DNA of 64,000 bases from Octopus vulgaris (GCA_951406725.2 OX597820.1:41292001-41356000), one strand, 5' to 3'; shown: positions 12,866 through 27,293, numbered from the stretch's first letter. Notes: generated by a model from the sequence alone, not told the origin. A program made the numbers and translations.

Positions 12866-13076
12866 TATTTCTTTACTGCCCACAAGGGGCTAAACACAGA
12901 AGGGACAAACAAGGACAGACAAACGGATTAAGTCGATTATATCGACCCCAGTGCGTAACTGGTACTTATTTAATCGACCCTGAAAGGATGAAAGGCAAAG
13001 TCGACCTCGGCGGAATTTGAACTCAGAACGTAATGGTAGACGAAATACCGCTAAGCATTTCGCCCGGTGTGCTAAC
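12866..13076 (-). mobile_element. SINE family A, young copy missing ~20 nt at its 5' end
   Basis: Reverse complement of the 60941 copy from TATTTCTTTACTGCCCACAAGGGG to GTGCTAAC. Confidence 0.92.
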
Positions 13077-13484
13077 CACCACATTTGGTTTCTTCAAGTA
13101 CAATGCTCGTCAGAAGAGGGCAAATTGCTGGGTGAAGAATACTGAAAAGGAAGAGAATGTTGTGTTTAAAATAATTTACATGATTTTAAACTTTGAAACT
13201 TGTCCAATAACATCCTCAAGAAAGAAGACTGATCGCAAAACCTATTCGGTCTTTTCACTAATATACAGACAAGGAGCAAAACCAATTCTCTACCTTTGAA
13301 GATTCCTTGTTGAGGGTCTGTTACATATTAAATTGAGAATCAGTATAAAAAAAAAGCTTTGAGTATAATTGCTTAGTTCAAATTCAGTATTATTACTGAA
13401 ATTCAATTTGTGCCTGGGGAGAGTCATTTTCTTTTTGTGACTTATCTTGGTATGATGAGAAAGAAAAGTGAAAGAAGATAAGTT

Positions 13485-13504
13485 AGGAGAGAGAGAGGGA
13501 CAGC

Positions 13505-13580
<76 letters not shown>

Positions 13581-13680
13581 AAGATAGATAGATAGACAGA
13601 CAGATAGAGAAATAGATAGATAGAGAGAGAATGAGAGAGAGAGAGAGTGAGAATGAGAGAGTGTGAGAGTGAGAGAGAAA
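13485..13680. repeat. (TAGA)n/(GA)n microsatellite
   Basis: Directly visible. Confidence 0.92.
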
Positions 13681-14142
13681 GATTAGTAGATCAGATTGAG
13701 CAGTATCACAAACTGTCGCAATACAACATCATAATGCCGACAACTCGAGACGTGATGCACGACCTGCCGTAAAACATAACTCTATGGCAACACAATTGTT
13801 GCAAATCACTAAACAGATTAAATTGAATCGTTTTTTTTTCTTTTTTGTTATGACTGGTACACACTCACAGATATACATACGCTTATACATATACACTCAC
13901 ACACGAAGTTCCTTACTCAGACGTGTGCTGATACTTATATAAGTGTGTGTATGTGAGTGTGTGTGCGTGGATGTGTGTGTGTGTCTGTGTGCGTGTGTGT
14001 GCGTGTGTCTGTGTGTGTGTGTGTGAGTGTTTGCTTATGAAGCATTGATTATGCAACAAAAAAGATTACGCTTAAAAAATAGATAAATTTCCACCATCCT
14101 ATTTCCCACACAGATTATTTTCACCATTCTTTAAATGAATTT

Positions 14143-14196
<54 letters not shown>

Positions 14197-14228
14197 TTCT
14201 CTCTCTGTCTCTCTCTCTCTCTCTCTCA

Positions 14229-14298
<70 letters not shown>
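14143..14298. repeat. (CT)n/(TATC)n microsatellite
   Basis: Directly visible. Confidence 0.92.
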
Positions 14299-14874
14299 TT
14301 AGATGTCTCTTTGTTTTCAGTTTATGTTGTTATAACGAATCAACGGTAGAAACACGTTTATTTTCAACGTTCTTTAGAGCACAAAACTTGTTAGAAATTG
14401 CAACCAAATCTACCCCAGTCACATGCAACCGTCTAAAATAATGTACGTATACGCTCGATATGAGAAAAGAAAAAAGAAAACTTTTTTCTCGAATAACTTC
14501 CGTGTCTTAGAAACAGAAATGCATTGGACTATGCATTCTGAGATATACATACAGAAAGCGATGGGCGGGGCGGGGGCTATACTCGAGCGCATTCTGATCA
14601 TATCAATGCTTAATGAAGGCTGATCCGAAGCATAGAAAAAGTAAAGAAACAACGACAGATTGTAATATCCTTGATCGTGAATAAGCTCACTCATGACTGA
14701 ACGGAGGTTTATCAACCCCCTTCATAAATTAACATCAAATGGGGGGCATTGATAAGTATGTAAGTATGTTACATACTTTTCAATGCACCCAGAGTTATAC
14801 TTACTGTGAAGACGGCTAAGAACGAAAGTTAACCTCCATTTATATACCCGACACGTTGGAACCGTCAAAAAGGC

Positions 14875-15082
14875 CGCTACATGTTCGCTCATCTTGCGAG
14901 AAATAGCAGTCGAATCTCCCTCAAATTACACTCTACTATTTTAAAGGAAAGGTGGCTAAAATCGATGCATTGGATAATGTAGACCGAGCTACATTATTAT
15001 TCAAACAATAGTAAAGGACGAACATAGTTGGGATAGCTTTCACAAAAGACCCAGTTTAAAGTTCTGGGTCTAAACAACAACC
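14875..15082 (+). mobile_element. Old dispersed repeat family E
   Basis: GAGAAATAGCAGTCGAATCTCCCTCAAATTACAC...CATTGGATAATGTAG...GGGTCTAAACAACAAC is collinear with 60142-60335 and with the opposite strand of 58403-58620. Confidence 0.55.
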
Positions 15083-15188
15083 AAAGAGTGAAAAGGAAAT
15101 TTACTTGGGGTGATGGCGCAAACCCAGGTCAAAACCTATATATAAACAAGTTCGATTTTTTCAATATCAATATCAAAACAAACGCTGG

Positions 15189-15346
<158 letters not shown>

Positions 15347-15420
15347 TTGTACATCAAACGAATCAGTTAAATCCAATAATGGAAAATCCAATAATGAAAA
15401 ATGTTTCTCTTCATTTAGAC

Positions 15421-15762
15421 CAGTGGTTTTCAAACATGGTTCTATATGACCCCTTGGGTGTCATATAAGACTTTGTGAGGTCCACACCACCAAAATAGTA
15501 AAATATGTCCAGAGCAGTATTTTATGAGTCTATAAGAAAACTTTGCTCTAGATATATTTATTACAAGAGAGAGCTAGGTTTCTTTCTCTGACGTTTTACA
15601 CAGTTCGGCCGAGACCAATAAATGTGTCGTAAACGGAATAGAAATTTTGAAGGAATTATCTATAAAACTAGTTTTTACACATAAAATGGTTATAGGGGTC
15701 CACAACAATAAAATTGAAATGAAAGTGCTGTATAGATAAAAAAAAATGGTTGCGAACCACTG
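15421..15762. mobile_element. hAT/Charlie-like non-autonomous DNA transposon (MITE)
   Basis: TIRs CAGTGGTTTTCAAACAT and ATGGTTGCGAACCACTG. Flanking 8-mers ATTTAGAC/GTTTATGC (5/8 identical) fit a decayed 8-bp hAT TSD. Internal GGTCCA repeats are present. Confidence 0.75.
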
Positions 15763-15950
15763 GTTTATGCGGCGAAGTTTTTTAGAAGGTTGTTCAAAGC
15801 TAATTTCATTGACACTCACCCAACCCAAAATCTTGCGGGTACAAGTACACGCCCTGCTTCTCTTCTTCCCGAGCCTATGTCATCAACATTCTTTGTGCGA
15901 AGACAGCAGGACGATTCCATTATTGAGAAAATATCATTATAGCTATTTAT

Positions 15951-16158
15951 AAAGCAGCGAGCTGGGAGATCCGTTAGCACACCGGATAAAATGCTTAGTA
16001 GTATTTCTTCAGGCATTACGTTCAGAGTTCAAATTCTGCCGAGGTTGACTTTGCTTTCCATCCTTTTGGGGCCGATAAAATAAGTACCAATCAAATCGAT
16101 GTAATCGACCCCCCACTTTCCCTCAAAATCCGCTGACCCGTTGCCAAAATTTGAAACC
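15951..16158 (+). mobile_element. Old A-related SINE
   Basis: GCAGCGAGCTGG...GAGTTCAAATTCTGCCGAGGTTGACTTTGC...GATAAAATAAGTACC...GCCAAAATTTGAAACC. Confidence 0.85.
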
Positions 16159-16458
16159 TTTCTTTACATTCATATCCCTTAAGACGTCATATTTGATGGA
16201 CACAAAAAATAAACAAATACAAACACATAATGCACGTGCACACACAGACAGATGAAGAGAAAGAAAGAAAAAAAGGGAGAGAGAGAGAGAGAGAGAGAGT
16301 TCAGTATTCTTATTTCATAATCATATTCATTTTGAATATTAAAACTAAATAAAGTATCATTTTCTACATTTTAATATTGGTTGAAGGAAATGAGAACAAA
16401 AAGAATTAGTAAATATATCCGAATTCATTCATCGTGTGTGTGTATGTGTGTGCATGTT

Positions 16459-16506
<48 letters not shown>

Positions 16507-16619
16507 TGTGTGTGTGTATTATTGCATGAGCGAATTAGTGTTGCTGTCTCAGTGTATGCATGCAAATATGAATGGTCTTTTACCATGTGTCAATGTTTAT
16601 CATTGCTAAAGTTACTATA

Positions 16620-16674
<55 letters not shown>

Positions 16675-17189
16675 TCACACACACACACATACAAACACAT
16701 GCACACATACATACCCACATATCATGTGTATGAACAAACAGACACATGTCTTTGGGAAAATACGAACAGCTTTGTTTGTTTTTGTGGTGGATAGCAATAG
16801 CTTTCACAGTAAGCGATGATAGTAGAGAGGGTTGGCGACAATAATGGTAATGGCATCAGTAGCAGCTGATAAGGTGGTGATGATGTTCATGCTGATAGTG
16901 GTGGCGGGAATGTGATAGTGAAACCAGTCAAGTCAGGCTGATGCGTTAAACAGGAGTGAATTTGGTGAGAGTGAGAATGGTAAGGATTGGTGACAGAAGA
17001 AACGATGGGGTATAGGAAATGGTGACAGATGTAATGGTGGTGTTGGAGTTGTTATTGGTGGATTGGCAATGCTAATGGGGGGTGATGGTACTGATAATAG
17101 TACCGGTGATTGTGGCAGAAGTGGTAGTGACAGTGATGGTGGTGTGGTGTGGATTGATTGTGGAAATTGTAACAATGACTGCAATAACG

Positions 17190-17467
<278 letters not shown>

Positions 17468-18099
17468 CTTTAAGGTGATAGCGAAGGTAAAAATGGCGGT
17501 TTTTTGGTTAGGTGTTTTACAGCTTGTAGAAATAATAAGATGATTAATAAGAGAACTAATATTGGGAGATAATAAATGAACTAGAAATCTTCTTAACTGA
17601 ATTGGGTATGTTTAGCCAAGGAGTTATAATAAAACCGAAACCTTTCCATTGCTTTCACTAACTGGCTTTAGACCAGGTTCACTCCCATAGTATATTTCTT
17701 ATATTTACCAAAATTTCAATTAATTGATTTTATCAGAGTTATCTCCTTTACTCATTGCTCTTAAGTTTTAAACACCTTTTAGTAGCATTGTTGTTTACCA
17801 ATCCCATGGATAACGTGAGTCAATCGAGGCTTTTCGGCGCCACTGTATTGTATATGTGAATCCCATCTGTATTTGTATTTAATATGTAGAACGCTTCCCT
17901 TGGTATTTTCCATCCGGTCATATTTGTTGGTATAGAGTAGTCATGGTGATGCTGGTGATGTAATATACAGCATAGTGGTAGTTGTGATGACAGCAGCCGA
18001 TAGTCATATGGTTGTCACGTTTGTTTTATTGATATTTAGTTGTGGCTATTATTAATAACTGAAGGGAGTGAAGAGATGCCATTGATATCGATGTTGTAG

Positions 18100-18232
18100 C
18101 TATCCCGTCGATTTAGGACGACATCATATAATGATTCCCCCTTTTCGAGCTGATACGAAGAAAATTGAAAGGCATTTAGCAGCTATTTCTAGCGAGTGAG
18201 CCAACACGTATATGCATGGTGTGGCTTGGCTG
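18100..18232 (-). mobile_element. Old dispersed repeat family E fragment
   Basis: ATTTAGCAGCTATTTCTAGCGAGTGAGC is the reverse complement of the CTAGAAATAGC motif at 60170 and 14898. Confidence 0.45.
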
Positions 18233-18340
18233 ATTAGAGGTATTAGAAGTGGATGGTGGAGATGAAGTATGCTGGTAGTATATTTGTGTTGTTTGAGTGG
18301 ACTTTTTGGTAATAGTAGTGGCAATGTGTGTCTGTGTATT

Positions 18341-18405
<65 letters not shown>

Positions 18406-19254
18406 GTTAGAGGTGTTGCTGGTTATGATCCTGATAGTAATGGTAATAGCTGTTGTAGTATTGAAGTCTTAATGTTCGAGAAAGTCGTAGTGATGGTGGT
18501 ATTGATCAATTGTTATTGTTGTTGGGGTAGTGGTTATGGTGTTGATGATGGTGGCGGCGGTGCAGCTGCAGTCGCTGGCGATAGATGTAATAGCCAGCCA
18601 TCATAGTTATAAAAGTTGTAAAAGTGGGCGTACTGATGATGACGATGATGATGATGATGCTTGTGGTGGTGTTGGTGGTGATGGTGGTAACCATGACTGC
18701 ATTAATAGTGAAAATGGAAGTGATAGTAGTTGTATTGATCATTAAGGCTGTCTCCGATCATGCAAAACCTATCGTCCAGTATGTTTCAGGTGTGCAGTGA
18801 TGGAAGTGCATATTAGGCAACTAAGGGTACCCTAACGTCCAAGGAGTGATTTTGAGAAAACCCTATAAACTTTCTGCCTCCGTGAGCTGAAAAGGGAGCG
18901 CATTCACCCTACATATCACAATCCCGGTCATTTTCACCAATACAACCGTGACCATCTCCGCTCTCTTTACATATCGAACTGTGTATCTTTTCATTTTAAG
19001 ACAGAATGTCAGGTCAGCTGATAGTGTTTACGATAATGATGTCAATGGAATTGTGGCCGAGTGTGAGCTATCGTAGTAGTGATGTTTGTGATGATACTGC
19101 TGACGGTGATGGCAATGAATATCATTGATAAAGATCAGCATATTTTAGTAATCTTAGTATAAATTGGTGGTAATAGAACTTGAGGAGTTTTGGTTGTATC
19201 GGTGATTTTAAAAATGACGGAAGCAATGAAGTTGATGAATGCCAGAAAAAATTA

Positions 19255-19950
19255 GGGTGGCCATAGTGACGGTAGTTGTGGTGGTGGTGGTGTTGGTGGT
19301 GGTGTTTGTGGTGGTGGTTGTGGCGGTGGCGGTGTTGGTGGTGGTGTTGTTGGTGGTGGTGGTTGTGGTTGTGTTGTAAGTGGTTGTGGTGGTGGTTGTG
19401 GCGGTGGCGGTGGCGGTGATGATGATGTTGGCAATGATTTTGGCAGATGGTAAGAGAAGACATTGTGACATTGGTTTTGAAGAAGGGTTGTGACATAGTA
19501 TTGAACATTTTTCTAAAGTAAACTACGTTTGTGACGGTGATGTTTTTGCTATCAGTGGTTGTTTTGGTGGTGGTGGTGTCTGTACTGGTTGTCGTCGTCG
19601 TGACGAGTGCAGCCGTGGTGGTGGTGATAATGAGAAAAAGACTGTGCTGAAGAATGATGACGACGATTGCTGAGGTGCGGTTGGATATAGAAGAGACGGT
19701 GCCTGAAGTGGTGGTGGTGGTGGTGGTGGTGGTGGTGGTGGTATTTTGGTAAGAATCGTTATAAGGGGTATGTAATAGTATTTGTTGTATATTTTGAAAT
19801 TGTTGGCGGGTGCGACATATATAACCGAAGATAGCGGAGACGGCGGGTTGCACTAAAAGCAGTAGTAGTGGTAATAGTGGTGGCGGTGGCGGCGGCGAGA
19901 GCGGCAGCGGTGATGGTGATGGTGATGGTGAAGGTGAAGGTGGTGGTGGT
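19255..19950. repeat. Degenerate (GGT)n/(GGC)n/(GAT)n low-complexity tract
   Basis: Directly visible; produces the spurious poly-P/T/H ORFs. Confidence 0.85.
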
Positions 19951-20598
19951 TTAGTAACAGCAGGAGATAATTCTAAATTAAAGAAAAATGAGCTGGAATG
20001 ATGAATAGAGAAAGGAAGAAATCGGGAAGAACGAGGTGACATGCGGGATGTTTGTCAGTCTGACAAACGAGAACAATCGGAAGAAAAAAAAAAAAAAAAA
20101 AAGAAAAGAAACCAAAGCTGAAAACACAAACTCCCCTATATTTCCCCCAACAACAACAATCTATATAACAAACACACACAAACATATTGATTTATTTTTA
20201 CACTAGGCACGAGGTACATTTTAGTTGGGGGGAAGTTACAGGGCCATTAAGAATAAATAATCGATCTTAGTACACAACTGGAATATATATTTTATTGATA
20301 TTGACAACAACGATATGAAGGGTTATTTATACTAGTCGGCAATACGAAAGGTAGAGTGTATGGAAACTACATAACATTCAATAATGCATATAGTCCAGCA
20401 CACAATCTTTCAAGCATCAGTACTAGACACACACTCAAACACACACACATACACACACATATACATATATGTATGTATGTATATATGTATGTATAGATAG
20501 ACTCATCGATACATACACAGGCACACACGAACGTGCGCGAGCGTACAAACACCATACACATATACATATATACATGCATTCATGTGTGTGTGTGTGTG

Positions 20599-21120
<522 letters not shown>

Positions 21121-21509
21121 GTGTGTATGTACGATGTAAGTATGTATGTATGTGTATATACAGAAAGGGAGAAAGATATAAAAGAATTAACATGAACATA
21201 GTGAGGGAAGGGAAAATAGTGGAACGTAAAAATGAAACAAATTAAACAAAAAAAAGTACGAACTTGAACAACAACCGAATAGATTTCGTTCTTTGCTTCA
21301 CAACATAAGTACATTGTATGTTGTGGACGTCAGTTATTCACTTGATATGAATGTCGTTAAGAAGAATGCAGGAAAAAGAAGACATTATTTGCACCACTGA
21401 CGAGGAATTTGCAAAGGAAGAAACCATTATACACGTTTAGTTTTATAGATATTATTATTGGAGGGACACACTTGTTTTGGATAATGTAAGCAATAAATGC
21501 TAGCACATA

Positions 21510-21929
21510 GGGAGACTAGGACCAGTACAAGAACCCTATTTTTCACAATCTTATATGTAGGTTAGGTGAATGTTCAAGATGTATTCTAAGAATTCCAATG
21601 CAGAAGAAAACATATTTATCCACACACTCAAACACACATAGATTGCATACATATATGCACGCAATTTTTTTGTCTGTGTATTTGTATATACTTACATGCA
21701 TACATATGTATATATGTATATATAGACGTACATATATATACACATACATATATGTTATATGTATTATATGTATATATATATACATATATCTGTTTGTGTG
21801 TATGTGCATATACGTGTGTGTTTGTGTGTATATATATATGTATGGATTTTTAGAATACATCTTGGACATTCACCTACCATACATATAAGATTGTGAAAAA
21901 TAGGGTTCTTGTACTGATCCTAGTCTCCC
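21510..21929. mobile_element. TA-flanked MITE with ~88-bp TIRs (Tc1/mariner-type target site)
   Basis: GGGAGACTAGGACCAGTACAAGAACCCTATTTTTCACAATCTTATATGTA... (21510-21597) is near-perfectly inverted at 21843-21929; TA at 21508-21509 and 21930-21931; the interior is microsatellite. Confidence 0.85.
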
Positions 21930-21971
21930 TATATATATGTATGTATCTATATATGTATGTATGTATGTATG

Positions 21972-22005
<34 letters not shown>

Positions 22006-22402
22006 TGTATGTGTGCTGGCATATATCAAATAATTTTTTATAGGGTAGAGTCTGACAGTGATTTTGAGGGCTAATAAACCGAAACTGAAACTTGAAAATT
22101 ACTGTCAACCATTTCCATGTAAGAGTTCTAAGTGCCAAAAGGTATTGAGCGATTTTTCACTTTAATAATTGTCCATATATATATATAACTTCATATAAAA
22201 ACAAATATTCTTATATACATATATGCATATTTATATACAAATGCATATATACTCGTACAAAGGCGTACATACATGCACATGCATACATGTAAATATAGGT
22301 CAAAGTTCAAACCCAGTGCACATGGCATTCAGAGTAAGATGCTGTTCTCAGTATAGAGTTCCAGTAACCTTATTTTAGAATACTCACAGAAGTGAATGTG
22401 TA

Positions 22403-22433
<31 letters not shown>

Positions 22434-23130
22434 TTGTGTGTGTGTGTGGTTTGTATGCGTTATATCAAAAACAACTTCGATCGCTTTGGTCCTTTTATTA
22501 TTTTTTAAAGCATTGTTCATTTTCCTTATTAATCCTTTAGTCTGAAACAACATCGTTCCTAATTCCATTAATCGATTAGCTTTTCGTGACCTTCTCGTTC
22601 CTATTTTCAAAATAACTGATAGTGTTAATGGCAATATGCTGGCGCTCTGCAGCAAGCCGTATAGAAACTTGGGAATAATTCTATAACTGATAAATTCATC
22701 AACACTGAATCTAAATTATTTCAACGGTAAGATCTTGTCTAGTTTATGATATATTAGTTTTCTATCTTAATATATCATCTATCTATGCTTAATATAGGTT
22801 TCTGTTTTGCTATTAGTTTAAGCTTCCACAGTTCTTTTCTATTTTGGTTGTTTTTTTTTTGGTACTTTATGTAGATTGTTATGCCGTCAAGTAGAGTTTG
22901 TGTTGTCAATTGTTTGTTGTGAACTACATTATCATAAATTGCAAATGTTCCTCGTTGTAAGAGCATGGTCAACAAAGGATCCATTGCCGCAGTTGTGTGT
23001 CCGGTGTAACAGTTTAGTTCATGATGTTGACAACTTTCATCTTTACACTGTATATTTCGTTAGTTGTCGCCCTGATTACATTCTATCTTTTGTCAGTTTG
23101 TAGTTTTGCATTGACTTGGTATATATATTA

Positions 23131-23344
23131 GTTTCAAATTTTGGTACAAGATCAGCAATTTCGGAGGAGGGAATAAGTCGATTACTTCGACTTCAATGCT
23201 CAACTGGTACTTATTTTTAGCGATGCCTAAAGGATGAAAAGCAAAGTTGACTACGGCAGAATTTGAACCTAGAAAATAATGCCGAAAGAAATAGCGCAAA
23301 GCACTTTGACCAGCGTCCTAACGATTCTGCCAGCTCGCTACCTT
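23131..23344 (-). mobile_element. Old A-related SINE
   Basis: GTTTCAAATTTTGGTACAAG...AACTGGTACTTATTT...AAAGGATGAAAAGCAAAGTTGAC...GATTCTGCCAGCTCGCTACCTT. Confidence 0.85.
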
Positions 23345-24013
23345 GAAATATCAGCGTCGCACTAATTGAACACACGTACTGACATAAATTGTCAAATGCA
23401 CTCCATTTTACGCCAAAGTACTACGCTATACTCTGTGTTCAATATATTCTATATTCATAGTTATTCAAGGTAAAAAATTCTCTTCATGCTATCTGAACGT
23501 TCTAATGATATATTCATTTATTTTATAACCAGAGTGCATTTGATTCATATTGTACTTTATAAACTAGAAAAATCACTGTAAAGAAAATGAGTGCATAAAT
23601 GCATGTGTATTTGAGTGTAAATGCATATGTGAGTATAACTGCATGTGTATGTGAGTGGGTATTATATTACATTGTATACATGTACATATATATGTGTGTG
23701 TGTGTGTGTGAACATATAGGTGTGCAGTAGTGTGCATCTTGCGTTTATTTTAAAATACCATCAAAATTCCTTATTTTTTAGCTTTGTTAACAACATTTTC
23801 TATGTACGGATCGTGTATGCGTGCATCTCCTCCTACTTACCTAACAACTACCACTTATTTAAAACCAACTTACCAACATACCTCAAGCTACCCACATTCA
23901 GACATGCATACCTACCCATCAAGGAATCAAGCAATCTATCTATCTATCTATCTATCCATCCATCCATCCATCCACCCATCCCTCCCTCCCTCCCTCCATC
24001 CATCCATCCATCC

Positions 24014-24058
<45 letters not shown>

Positions 24059-24094
24059 ACAAACAAACTACACACACGCCAACACACATGCATG

Positions 24095-24149
<55 letters not shown>

Positions 24150-24414
24150 GTATGTATATATATATATATATATATACACGCACTTACACACACATATGTA
24201 TGTATGTATATACATAACTCAGAGTGTTGTGTATTTCAACAGCATATGGAAATACTGGTATACCAGAAAGCATGATTTATTAAACTTATCTTCACCTCTA
24301 GAGTATGTGTCATAATTAGTATATGATTATGACCAGCGAGAAGGGCAGATTACATCACAAACCATTTTGAGTAAGTCTAAGTCTCTTGGCTACAGTTGAC
24401 AAGGCTGAATATTT

Positions 24415-24459
24415 GTCGTGCTGATGAAGTTTCTTGAGACAGAAATGCGCGTCCATGTC
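24415..24459 (+). ncRNA. Minimal type I hammerhead ribozyme-like motif, probably decayed (Penelope-like/retrozyme type)
   Basis: GTCGTG-CTGATGA-AGTTTCTTGAGACA-GAAA-TGCGCGTC-CATGTC. Both core boxes are present, with a near-palindromic short stem III ending in GUC and stem I GTCGTG/CATGTC (5 of 6 pairs including G-U). Confidence 0.5.
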
Positions 24460-24711
24460 TGTAATCGTGTCTCCAGATAACATGCAAATAATTTTCTTCA
24501 ATGATATGTAAGATTAAGAAAATTCAGAAAATTCTTGTTATTTTTTTAGATTATCTTCCCTTCTTATTTTCAGACGGTTTTAATTGACATTTGGTAATAA
24601 TGACACACTCTCTGGAGACGAAGAAAATTTTAGTAAGTCAAGCATATGTGTTGTATGGTATTTAGTATACCTGTTCCTCCCTCTCTTTATCACTCTCTCT
24701 CCATATATGTA

Positions 24712-24757
<46 letters not shown>

Positions 24758-24781
24758 TACTTTGTGTGTGTGATTTATATT

Positions 24782-25175
24782 TACTCTTTTACTCTTTTAC
24801 TTGTTTCAGTCATTTGACTGCGGCCATGCTGGAGCACCGCCTGTAATCGATCAACTCGACCCCGGGACTTATTCTATGTAAGCCCAGTACTTATTCTACC
24901 GATCTCTTTTGCCGAACTGCTAAGTGACGGGGACATAAACACACCAGCATCGGTTGTCAAGCAATGCTAGGGGGACAAACACACACACTCACTTACATAT
25001 ATATATATACATATATACGACAGGCTTCTTTCAGTTTCCGTCTTCCAAATCCACTCACTAGGCATTGGTCAGCCCGGGGCTATAGCAGAAGACACTTGCC
25101 CAAGATGCCATGCAGTGGGACTGAACCCGGAACCATGTGGCTGGTTAGCAAGCTACTTACCACACAGCCACTCCT
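24782..25175 (-). mobile_element. SINE family C, full length with short internal microsatellite
   Basis: Collinear with 34622-35033 and 20599-21120. Confidence 0.93.
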
Positions 25176-25779
25176 ATATATATATATGCATACATACACA
25201 CATATATACACATGAAACATACAAATATACAGATACGAACACAAACATATCCGCATACATACATACATACATACATACATACGTTTTGCTTTCTTTTTTC
25301 ATAATTCACTGTCAACTTCACAGCTCCTTATATATTTGAATGCACGATGATAAATAATTCACCAGGCCCCATCAACAATTACTTGATAAACATACCACCA
25401 CCTCAAACTGAGTCTTACATATCATTTAACATAAAAACATGTTAGTACATTTGCAAGACGCCATTGATGATCATGTTTCATACCCCCCCCCCATTTCTCA
25501 TAGTTCCATCAAAAGCTCTGTTGAATCTTAAAGGAGCTTTGTTGTTCTTCAGATGAAACATTTTGCAAGTTGCATGTAAACATGGGTATACGAATAAGAA
25601 TTGTCCTTTGAAACGCTATGAGTACTCATTTAATTTCCAGATATCTTAACTTTATAACTAAGAAGATCTATGTATCACTATATATATCGGCATGCATAGG
25701 GTTACATACACATGTACAGACACAAAAATACACGAACATACATACACACTCGCTTAAATGTATACATATACTTGTATAA

Positions 25780-25821
<42 letters not shown>

Positions 25822-25888
25822 ACTTGTATATACATATATATATATGTGTGTATACATTTTTGTTCCTATGCAAATATATATTTATATA

Positions 25889-25931
25889 CAGGGTGTCCAT
25901 AAAATTACCTTTACCATTGAAAAATTCAGAA

Positions 25932-25935
<4 letters not shown>
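25889..25935 (+). mobile_element. Possible solo Tc1/mariner terminus
   Basis: TA-CAGGGTGTCCATAAAA has the same TA-CAGGGTG start as the terminus at 44996; no partner end seen. Confidence 0.35.
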
Positions 25936-25982
<47 letters not shown>

Positions 25983-25985
<3 letters not shown>

Positions 25986-26170
25986 TTTATTCTTTTACTT
26001 GTTTCAATCATTTGAGTGTGGCCATGTTAGGGCACCACCTTTAATCGAGCAAATCGACCCCAGGACTTATTTTATTGAACTATTTTGCTGAACCGATAAG
26101 TTTCGGGAACGTAAACACACCAGCATCGGTTGTCAAGCGTTGTTGGGGGACAGACACAGACACAAACACA
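25983..26170 (-). mobile_element. SINE family C, 3' half only (runs into (TA)n up to ~26375)
   Basis: TCTTTTACTTGTTTCAATCATTTGAGTGTGGCCATG...AAACACACCAGCATCGGTTGTCAAGCG; no head found beyond the microsatellite. Confidence 0.88.
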
Positions 26171-26207
26171 TACACTCACATACATATATATACATATGTA
26201 TATATAT

Positions 26208-26252
<45 letters not shown>

Positions 26253-26260
26253 CATATATA

Positions 26261-26318
<58 letters not shown>

Positions 26319-26322
26319 GTAA

Positions 26323-26374
<52 letters not shown>

Positions 26375-26379
<5 letters not shown>

Positions 26380-26893
26380 TAGGGGGTGTATTATGTGCAT
26401 TTATAGAACACAGTCTTATATCATCTCAACAAACAATGATGGAGAAGTTGTTAACAGTTCGGTAACATTTTAATCCGTGCATACGATCGTTTCAAGTGGT
26501 AACACCAACATGTAAGAAACACAGAAGAGATTAAATTAATCATAATTAATTTAATTATATATATTACCATTCTCGTCAGTGCAAAAAATGAAGGGAACAT
26601 CAGAAAAGTCGTAACAGAAGAAGAAATATGTTGTTACAGGATCCTGCATTGAGTCTGTGTCGGTTAACTCATTCGGATACTAATAAAAAAGAATATGAAA
26701 GATGAAGCATAAAATATAAAAACATTTAATCTCTTCCATGTTTCTTACATGTTGGTATTACCATTTGAAACGATAGTATGCATGGATTAAAATGTTCTCA
26801 AACTTTTAATATCTCTTCTTCATTTTTAATTGCTTGTTGAGTTGATATAGGACTGGGTTCTATGAATGCTCATAGTAGACCTTATACTTCTAT
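26375..26893. mobile_element. Foldback element with ~165-bp imperfect inverted arms
   Basis: 26375-26537 is the reverse complement, with scattered mismatches, of 26725-26893 (e.g. AACATTTTAATCCGTGCATACGATCGTTTCAAGTGGTAACACCAACATGTAAGAAAC vs GTTTCTTACATGTTGGTATTACCATTTGAAACGATAGTATGCATGGATTAAAATGTT). Confidence 0.82.
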
Positions 26894-27081
26894 AATTTTC
26901 ATATTTTTAATAACATACTTGCAATAGCAAGCTACAAATTTAATATGAAGAATCTTTATTAGAAATCTAACTATGGACCTCGCAAAGTAAAACTGTTCTA
27001 ACTAAACTCAACCTTTCTCTTATACATACATACATATATATATATATATATGTGTGCGTGTGTGTGTGCAAAAATATATAC

Positions 27082-27112
<31 letters not shown>

Positions 27113-27260
27113 TATATATGCGCACACATGCTCACATAGATAAAAAGCTCTTATTATCTGCACATACATTATATATAAATGTATACACACACGTACATAC
27201 TTTTACCCAAGTTGAACCCTTATTCTCACCGGTACAAACTTTTTACTTTCATGTCACTAT

Positions 27261-27293
<33 letters not shown>

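Noticed and set aside
19122-20042. 306-aa minus-strand ORF with poly-P/T/H
   Set aside because: Derived from (GGT)n-type low complexity; no domain, and overlapping frames are also open.
21397-21440. CTGACGA...GAAAC hammerhead candidate
   Set aside because: No convincing stem II closure or stem I pairing.
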